This document shows positions 1 to 6,329 of a stretch of DNA of 7,032 bases, piece after piece. The position numbers were made by a program, and so were the translations under genes. The DNA comes from Octopus sinensis (Eukaryota): the NCBI RefSeq assembly GCF_006345805.1, contig NW_021829077.1, positions 1 to 7,032 of the forward strand, given 5' to 3'. Numbering within the stretch: the stretch's first letter is position 1; the number at the start of each line of letters is the position of its first letter. The notes beneath the pieces were generated by a model that ran no database searches, had not been told where the DNA came from, and saw nothing but the letters and a program-made list of their open reading frames with translations.

Positions 1-226
1 TACTTCCCTTATATAATAGCGAAAAAATGCATTAAAATGGAAAAAATGATGGTAAACTTTTTAAAATCGTAGACTCATCGTAGACGCGCGCTAATACCCA
101 GAAGAATTCCATATGAATCACGACTATAAGATACCCGGTTTTGGTTAAACTGCACCGCAAAATGTGGGAGTAGTTAGGAATCTAAATCGTAGGAGACAGA
201 CACACAACCTCTCTTATATATAAAGA
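1..226 (-). mobile_element. 5' part of a non-autonomous Helitron-like element (runs off the left edge)
   Basis: The minus strand reads host A(227) then TCTTTATATATAAGAGAGGTTGTGTGTCTGTCTCC. A TC start after A, followed by a TATATA run and a short TGTC-type microsatellite, is typical of small animal Helitrons. There is an internal 11-bp tandem (atcgtagactc/atcgtagacgc, 66-87). The diagnostic 3' hairpin and CTRR end would lie outside the window, so they cannot be checked. Confidence 0.55.
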
Positions 227-320
227 TAATATTTGAGATACGTAAAATATATTTTATAAGATATTTTATAAGATATTCTTTAATGTGCAGCTCGTATTTT
301 GATATACGCGTGGTTTTATA

Positions 321-482
321 GGCGCAGGCGTGGCTGTGTGGTAAGAAGCCTGCTTCCCAAAGACATAGATCCCGATTCAGTCTCACTGCGGGGCAGCTTG
401 CACAGGTGCTTTCTGCTATAGTTTTGGGCCGATTAAAGACGCGTGAGTGAATTTGGTTGAAGGAAACTGAAAGAAGCCCGTT
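321..482 (+). mobile_element. tRNA-derived SINE, 5' half (octopus CORE-like family), decayed
   Basis: A-box-like tggctgtgtgg (331-341) and degenerate B-box gattcagtctc (374-384). A decayed CORE-like stretch (~393-421) is followed by ggaaactgaaagaagcccgt running into a microsatellite. This matches my recollection of an abundant octopus SINE; it was not searched. Confidence 0.7.
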
Positions 483-499
483 TGTGTGTGTGTGTGTAA

Positions 500-561
<62 letters not shown>

Positions 562-660
562 TGGTTGTGTGTGTGTGTGTGTGTGTGTGTGTGGTGAGTG
601 TGCATGTGTGTGTGTGTGCATGGGTGTGTATGTGTATGTGTGTTTGTATGTATGCATGTA
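483..660 (+). repeat. Compound microsatellite (TG)7-(TA)9-(TG)18 plus interrupted TG/TATG, internal to the SINE
   Basis: Read directly: (tg)7 at 483-496, (ta)9 at 501-518, (tg)18 at 519-554, then interrupted TG repeats to ~660. Confidence 0.97.
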
Positions 661-662
661 TG

Positions 663-906
663 TTAGTTAGTTAGTTTTTTGGCTCAAAGCAAATAGCAAG
701 GCCATGTAGGGACATGGAGTTAAGTACAGGGTGGTGTCCATGTAAAGTTCAGGCCACTTGAGGTCCAGGGAGGCTTTGAACAAAGCGGTCGTCGGCATCT
801 TTACCATCTCGTCTGGCAGCTTGTTCCACGGATCCGCAACCCGGACGGAGAAAGTTCCTCTCCTTCGATTGAGATGAAATCGTCGCAGGTAGAGCTTTTC
901 GGAATG
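663..906 (-). mobile_element. 5'-truncated CR1-clade LINE 3' end (ORF2 C-terminus plus (CTAA)n tail)
   Basis: Minus frame 906->667 reads HSEKLYLRRFHLNRRRGTFSVRVADPWNKLPDEMVKMPTTALFKASLDLKW. This matches the CR1 ORF2 C-terminal pattern (GH..KL......R..FFS.RV...WN.LP..VV......FK..LD). It ends in (ctaa)3 (ttag x3 at 663-674 on +). No clear TSD. Confidence 0.85.
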
Positions 907-1100
907 TGTCTGTGTGTGTCTTTGCGTCTGTGTTTGACTGACACCACCGCTTTACAACCGGTGTTGGTATGCTTACGTCCCCGTAACTTAGCAGTTCAAC
1001 AAAATACTAATAGAATAAGTGCCAGGCTTTGGAAAAATAAAAAGTTATTGGCGTCGATTAATTGGAACTAAAAATTCTTCAAGGCGGTGCCCCAACATGG
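907..1100 (+). mobile_element. 3' half of the SINE starting at 321 (decayed)
   Basis: TG-rich sequence resumes right after the LINE fragment. It continues ttacgtccccgtaacttagcagttc...tagaataagt...ggcggtgccccaacatgg, which I recall as the 3' body of this octopus SINE. The assignment is from memory. Confidence 0.6.
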
Positions 1101-1385
1101 ATTAAACGAACCTCTCCAGCATAATGTTCTTACCATTTGCTGTTGTGAAGTTCAGCCTCCTGAAATCAACTTGACTAAGTTACATAGACGGAAATATGTA
1201 AGTCTAAGTCATCAGATGTACTGGGGTCTGAGTAACGAAGAAAAAATATATATCTTCCGTTTGAGAATACTTTGAGACTTCCATTAATCGCTTCGACTCG
1301 CGTGTTGAAGTTAACAGATCAGTAACAACAGATATTCTTGTTCATCGTGCCTTTCTGATGAGCCACATTATATTGAAACAGGATG

Positions 1386-1387
<2 letters not shown>

Positions 1388-1435
<48 letters not shown>
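1388..1435 (+). repeat. (AC)24 microsatellite with a degenerate CA-rich tail to ~1485
   Basis: Read directly. Confidence 0.98.
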
Positions 1436-1436
<1 letters not shown>

Positions 1437-1817
1437 ACACGCACACAATCACACGCACGTACGCATTTACAGATGTACACACAGGTAATAAACAGTAACC
1501 GAAGGAGTCCATGCTGTACACGGCAGGGAGATCAACAGGAAAATCGGCCTATCGTTTTTGTTGCTTTTAAAGAAACGTCCTATTAATTTTCTTGAAACCA
1601 ATGACCACCAAATTACACGAGAAAGACCATTTTAATTCTGTTAGAACCATATGCAATTTCAGAATAGGCATCCAAACCCTGCTTAATCATTGTGAGTGAA
1701 ATTAATGCTCTCAAGAGAAGGCCAGAAGCGCTTCCTGCTGTGGCCAACACTCAGCAACAGATAACAGCCAGAGTCATCATTCACGAGTGAATATGGCTTG
1801 ATAACATGTGCTGAATA

Positions 1818-2049
1818 GGCGGCGAGCTGGCAGAAACGTTAGCACGCCGGGCGAAATGCGTAGCCGTATTTCGTCTGTCGTTACGCTGTAAGTTCAAATT
1901 CCGCCGAGGTCGACTTTGCCTTTCATCCTTTCGGGGTCGATAAATTAAGTACCAGTTACGCACTGGGGTCGATGTAATCGACTTAATACCTATGTCTGTC
2001 CTTGTTTGTCCCCTCTGTGTTTAGCCCCTTGTGGGTAATAAAGAAATAG
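1818..2049 (+). mobile_element. Full-length tRNA-derived SINE (octopus-type), copy A
   Basis: A-box tggcagaaacg (1828-1838), B-box gttcaaattcc (1892-1902), A-rich end taataaagaaata. Flanked by the 14-bp TSD gataacatgtgctg (1800-1813 and 2049-2062; base 2049 is shared between end and TSD). Colinear with copy B. Confidence 0.93.
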
Positions 2050-2377
2050 ATAACATGTGCTGTGTTTTCCTAAATTATTTTAGGCGTCTATGTACTCGTG
2101 ACTAGACATAGATCCCCCTTGGTAGTTACAAATTTGATCCGGTGGAACATCGATGATGGAGAGCACAGTCTTTGTGGTTCTAGCGTCCTCTATATGAATC
2201 ACATGTCCCATCCTCCACAACAGCGATTTCAGTAGGATAGCCTTAACATTAGACTATCTGTGCGCTGTTGGACTACGTGGTTGGAGATATAAGGCTTTTG
2301 CTAAGAAATAATCATCAAAGTTTTTGTCAAATTTTTGATGTGTCGACGATGCAGTGTGTCGGCAGGGTACAACAGAC

Positions 2378-2609
2378 CTATTTCTTTATTACCCACAAGG
2401 GGCTAAACATAGAGGGGACAAACAAGGACAGACATAGGTATTAAGTCAATTACATCGACCCCAGTGCGTAACTGGTGCTTAATTTATCGACCCCAAAAGG
2501 ATGAAAGGCAAAGTCGACCTCGGCGCAATTTGAACTCAGAACGTAACGGCAGACGAAATACCGCAAAGCATTTCGCCCGGCGTGCTAACGTTTCTCCCAG
2601 CTCGCCGCC
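2378..2609 (-). mobile_element. Full-length tRNA-derived SINE, copy B (inverted relative to copy A)
   Basis: The reverse complement aligns to 1818-2049 without gaps, with 13 substitutions in 232 nt by manual count (~94%). Flanked by the 10-bp TSD gtacaacaga (2367-2376 and 2610-2619). Confidence 0.93.
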
Positions 2610-3282
2610 GTACAACAGATCGCATAGCACTACTGCACTGTACACGTATTTTGTCGATAGTTTTATGTCCCCGTCACACCCAGGCACTTGTCATCAAAAA
2701 ATCGCTTTGCCTTAATATGTGAACTTCTTCCCCAACTTAAAAGTTGATTGGCAATCAGGAAGCGATTGGAAGCACACGTCCCGGAGCACCACGTATAGGT
2801 TGGTACATGATTTCAGTTAATTCTATATTAATCGATAAGCCGAATGTTGTCACGACACATACAAGATGATGTGTAATTATTTGGTTATCTTTTAGCGAAT
2901 TTGAGTCATTGATGAAGATATGTTTGTCGATAAGCACATAGCAGCAGTTTCTAGTGTCAGCTAGCTTAGACAAGTTCAACAACCTCACGGTTATACCTCC
3001 CACCTGTCAGACCGTTCGCTATGTTTTCAAGCACGTCTCTCAGAAATATCGCAAAAGGCGTTGGAGCCAGTATACAACCGTATGAGCAATAGGAAAGAAG
3101 GTCAAGTTGTCATTCCAACGAGAGATCAGGCAAAGTCATTCCATCGTGGGACTGCTTGATTATTTTCACAAATTTGTCTCTGAACCAAAATCTATTATAG
3201 ATATAAGTAGCCTCTTTTGATGTACAATTATAAATCAGTCTCATTTTGAGAACCTCTTCCGGTTTGTATGAAGTACAACATA

Positions 3283-3346
3283 TAAATCCTTAAATCCTTA
3301 AAAATGTTTTAGCCCGAAGGCCGCGGCCATGCTGGGGCACTACCGC
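3283..3346 (-). mobile_element. Orphan retroposon 3' end with an 8-bp tail repeat
   Basis: The minus strand reads gcggtagtgccccagcatggccgcggccttcgggctaaaacatttttaaggatttaaggattta. The segment gtgccccagcatgg matches 1087-1100 at 13/14. The tail is (taaatcct)2 on + (3283-3298). No TSD found. Confidence 0.5.
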
Positions 3347-3693
3347 TGTTTACTAAGTAGGGAATAAAACCCAAGAAAGATAAACTAGTCTTAATGTATA
3401 TCAGTCTGGATATCCAAATCCTTTGAACAAGTCGACGACAAAGCGAGGCACTGGCTGTTCGATATTCTTTTCCTGGTTTAGTTATGTGGTGTAATTCATG
3501 CCTTTGATACTCCTAAACTCATGAAACCCCTTATTGGCATTTAAGAAGCATTCGTTCAGACATTTTTTGCAGTCGCCTGATCAGTAATTTCGTCAAAATT
3601 TTCTTTGCAATCGAGGGAAGGGAAAACCCTCGATAGCTTACGCATATCTGTCGGTCCCGCTTCTGCTTTTAATTGATGTGTAGTGATCCTATA

Positions 3694-3806
3694 ACGGTGC
3701 GCGCGCGCGCACCGTCCATTTTCTATTTCGCGCGTGCGAGTGTTGGTGCCTTCACCAAGGCACAGAAAGGAAGGGCCCTCTCGCGCATGCGCGAACCACC
3801 GGAAGC
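3694..3806. promoter_or_regulatory. CpG-rich putative LTR promoter: E2F-, NRF1- and ETS-like motifs
   Basis: 17 CpG in 3691-3810. TTTCGCGC (E2F consensus) at 3726-3733, GCGCATGCGC (NRF1/EWG) at 3783-3792, ACCGGAAG (ETS) at 3798-3805. These are motif matches only, with no evidence of activity. Confidence 0.45.
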
Positions 3807-4142
3807 ACGACCCTTTTGCCTACGTGGTAGTTAGCCAAGGCAAGGGGGTCGTAGAACGTTTGACCACTAGCAGCAGTCAGCGGGGACTTGAGACAGCAGC
3901 GACTGAAGGCGACGGTCACGCATATATTCTCTCCGTCCACTAGATTCTAGCAGCACCTTACCAAAAGGCCTTTAACCAAATTGTTGCAGACCACATCTTC
4001 TCCCTGTTCCGGACGCCATCTTTGACCAGTGTCGTTTTGCATTTGAACACTTTCTTATTTTACAGCGATAAGGTTCAGCACTGACACATTTATATCAAGG
4101 GATACCAGATAACCACTTATTGTTACTGTTACCACATTAGAG

Positions 4143-4148
4143 AATAAA
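4143..4148 (+). terminator. Candidate LTR polyadenylation signal AATAAA
   Basis: Canonical hexamer ~136 nt inside the LTR right end, followed by T/GT-rich sequence (tcttttacgtctgcgtcttgttgtttc). Confidence 0.45.
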
Positions 4149-4659
4149 GTAGTATATATCTTTTACGTCTGCGTCTTGTTGTTTCTGACTGGTAGAATTC
4201 TGGATTATTAAAGCAACGGCTAGTGATTGCTTTCTTGTACCCCGAAAGTACAAGAGCAGATATATTTTCACGAAGTTCGTTACAGATGACTTCTTGTGCA
4301 TCATCGAACTATCGCGAGAGGTTACCGTTTTTCCAATATTCTCAAAAGAACTGAAGCAGATTGAAACACAATTCTTTCTCATTGTTTTATAGATTTCTAC
4401 TGGGATATGATCAACACAAGGGGCCTTCCTCTGTTTTGACTCGAGAACGTCAGCTAACAGTTTCTTCATATTCATCGGTATATCCAAACTGGTATCTTCC
4501 GAACACTAATGAACAATACATTTTAGATCCTCCCGACAAAAATGTTGAGTGTCATTTTAGTTGCTCACCAAAATCCTCCTCCTTGTGTTTTATGATATCT
4601 CTTTTCTCGGTGTAAAGATGTGAATCACCTCTACTCTTCATTGGTACGTTACCATCTTT

Positions 4660-5680
4660 TTGGAGATTATAGACCTCAAACAAATTGGTATAGGAAGGCC
4701 TTCACGGTGTTAGACTCAATAAGGGTTTCACATTTTTCTTTTTCAAAACCATTAAATTGTGCTTTGAGGAAGATTTAACATTACAGAAGCTTTCTTGCTG
4801 GTATTTACAGGATATGCTCTATAATTGTTATAGAGACCTCATATTTGATTATATAGAAGGCCTTCACGTTGTTGGAACCTGTACGGGCTTCCCTTTTTTC
4901 ATTTTTTAAACCGCTAAGGCCTGCTTTGAGGAAGATTTAGCATTATAGAAGCTTTCTTGCTAGCTTATAGAGGAGATGCAGTATAAATGCAAGAGATATC
5001 GAGTAGGTCTCTCATATTTTTTGGTACAGGAGGCCTTCACGTTGTTAGAGGTTAGAAAGGGTCAAGTAGTGTAAACATTATTTCGGCCTAGCTAAAGGCA
5101 CCTGGAAAATGTAAAACTGCTGTCAGAGAAAAACCATTGTTCCACCATGGGAACAGTTCTGTTGCAGCGTTAATTTAAATTTGGCTATGATGGATCGAAT
5201 CCACTTCATGCATGCAAGTTTCACTACAGCCTGCTTTGAAGAAGATTTAGATTATAGAAGCTTTCTTGCTAGCTAATAGAGGAGATGCAGTATAAATGTA
5301 AGAGGCATCTGGTAGGCCTCTCATAATTTTTGGTACAGGAGACCTTCACGTTATTAGAATCAGTAAGGGTTTCAATTTCCCCCTTTTTTAATACATGAGA
5401 GTATACTTTGGGGAAGATTTAGCATTATAGAAGCTTTCTTGCTAGCTTATAGAGGAGATGCAGCATAACTGCAAGAGACATCGGGCAGGCCTCTCATATT
5501 TTAAGGTACAGGAGGCCTTCACGTTGTTAGAATCAGTAAGGGTTTCTATTTCCCCCTTTTTTTAATACATGAGGGAGATTTAGAGCTATATTGAAACTTT
5601 TTTGTAGGCTCATATAAAAAAACATGCAGCATAAAGACTATAGATCCCAACTAGGACCTTCTTATTTGATGTTGTACAGA
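4660..5680. repeat. Imperfect tandem array, unit ~162-173 bp, ~5-6 copies
   Basis: Anchor ccttcacg at 4699, 4861, 5034, 5343, 5516 (spacings 162, 173, 309, 173). Anchor gaagctttcttgct at 4786, 4948, 5257, 5430. A decayed last unit runs ~5597-5680. The two best units (from 5257 and 5430) are ~90% identical by eye. Confidence 0.88.
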
Positions 5681-5936
5681 AATAAATAGGTGAAGCTGCA
5701 AAATTTGGATGCTGTAAATCATTGACATTGATTACAGTCTGCTTGCTCCATCATCGTGACTCAAAAAATTTCAATATTGAATTATCCCTATACAGCTCCC
5801 CCAATCTTCACCGCAAACCTCCACCACTGCCGGTAAAGACCGCCCCCATCTCCTCCACATCCTTTCTGGCTAATGTTGTTCTAACTATGATATCTATTAC
5901 TATGAGCCATAAAAGTAGGTTTTAACAATGAGTAAC

Positions 5937-6183
5937 AGAAGGGGGAGGATGTTGGATGATGTGAGGGGTGGAGCAGGAGGAAAATAGAAATCGTGGGAGG
6001 AGATGGACCAGGAGGGAAGGAGGGGAAATGGGTAAGGGGAGAGAAGGGGGAATGTTATTGGTTGGGGGGGATCTAAATGACATCGCCAAAGCCATTGAAG
6101 TGACGGAGGGACGGGTAGGGGAGAGGATGCAAGGAGAGCGGTAGAAAGTGAGGGAAGAGAGCAGGAGAGAGCGAGAGAGTGTT

Positions 6184-6220
<37 letters not shown>

Positions 6221-6294
6221 AGAGGCGGAGTGGAAATGGGTAGAGGGAAAATAGGAAAGGAGAGATAAATAAAAAAGAATTTAAAGAAGAGTTG

Positions 6295-6329
<35 letters not shown>

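Larger units (their letters stand above)
3679..4284 (+). mobile_element. Solo LTR, 606 bp (Ty3/Gypsy-like by TG...CA ends and 4-bp TSD)
   Basis: Starts TGTAGTGA and ends TCGTTACA (terminal inverted match 6/8). Flanked by gatg at 3675-3678 and 4285-4288. Removing it plus one TSD rejoins the RTE in frame (..FDDAQEVIN*KQKRDRQIC..). Orientation is inferred from AATAAA at 4143-4148 followed by a T-rich segment. Confidence 0.85.
1490..4615 (-). mobile_element. Decayed RTE-clade non-LTR retrotransposon (linker, RT domain and C-terminus), interrupted by at least 4 insertions
   Basis: RTE motifs occur in the correct order on the minus strand: KAPCVDHIPVEIYK (4427-4386); WKNGNLSR*FDDA (4335-4297); KQKRDRQICVSYRGFSLPSIAKKILTKLLIRRLQ (from 3668); QEKNIEQ...FVVDLFKGF (~3470-3415); KFVKIIKQSHDGM (3175-3137); GCILAPTPFAIF (3079-3044); LLNLSKL...FIND (decayed FADD)...FGLSINIELTEIMYQP (ORF 2755-3003); KKFTY*G (~2735-2718); GDIKLSTKYVYSAVVLCDLLY (2672-2610); LHRRHIKNL (2354-2328); GHVIHIEDARTTKTVL (2208-2161); RVIWWSLVSRK (1619-1587). 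There are many stops and frameshifts. Both outer limits are approximate. Confidence 0.9.

Noticed and set aside
174-674. ORFs 174-605 (-), 433-657 (-) and 486-674 (+)
   Set aside because: The HT/CV/YI runs are translations of the TG/TA microsatellite.
1173-1210. Imperfect hairpin around ttacata/tatgtaa; ORFs 874-1071 and 1087-1275
   Set aside because: The stem is AT-rich and only 7 bp. The ORFs are short, overlap repeats and have no recognisable motifs.
1383-1586. Plus-strand ORF ending RQGDQQENRPIVFVAFKE, superficially RT-like, and other weak plus-strand RT-like motifs to ~3040
   Set aside because: The start is the (AC)n repeat. The minus strand gives far stronger, ordered RTE motifs over the same interval, so the plus-strand matches are judged to be chance.
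1781-2715. Near-identical ORFs 1781-1963 (-) and 2464-2715 (+), suggesting a duplicated gene
   Set aside because: Both are antisense read-through of the two SINE copies.
2484-3003. ORFs 2484-2687 and 2755-3003 (-) as genes
   Set aside because: They are open stretches of the dead RTE (partly running into SINE B), and the catalytic FADD has decayed to FIND.
3610-3634. 8-bp hairpin atcgaggg/ccctcgat
   Set aside because: It lies within RTE coding sequence (YRGFSLPSI), so it is a by-product of the codons.
3734-3943. ORFs 3734-3943 (+) and 3752-3940 (-)
   Set aside because: Short ORFs expected in GC-rich LTR sequence, with no recognisable motifs.
3956-4019. Minus-strand candidate first exon (MWSATIWLKAF then TG|GTAAGG) with an upstream ATG
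   Set aside because: It lies inside the LTR, no downstream exon is identifiable, and there is no support beyond a donor-like hexamer.
4233-4255. 8-bp hairpin tcttgtac/gtacaaga in the LTR right part
   Set aside because: A single short stem with no supporting feature; worth revisiting only if conserved among LTR copies.
3680-4286. Reading the GC-rich insert as a Helitron (TC start, hairpin near CTAC)
   Set aside because: The end is not CTRR|T. TG...CA termini, a 4-bp TSD and exact frame restoration support an LTR instead.
4137-4615. ORFs 4137-4487 (-) and 4361-4615 (+); an L1/Tx1 assignment was also considered
   Set aside because: The first is RTE sequence reading into the LTR and the second is its antisense. 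In-frame continuity with the RTE across the LTR argues against a separate L1.
4660-5680. CRISPR-like or prokaryotic repeat-spacer interpretation of the array
   Set aside because: The whole unit is repeated without unique spacers, there are no cas genes, and the context is eukaryotic.
5846-6006. 11-bp inverted repeat ccatctcctcc/ggaggagatgg at a C-rich to G-rich switch; ORF 5722-5925
   Set aside because: Low-complexity composition makes the match likely by chance, and the ORF has no recognisable features.
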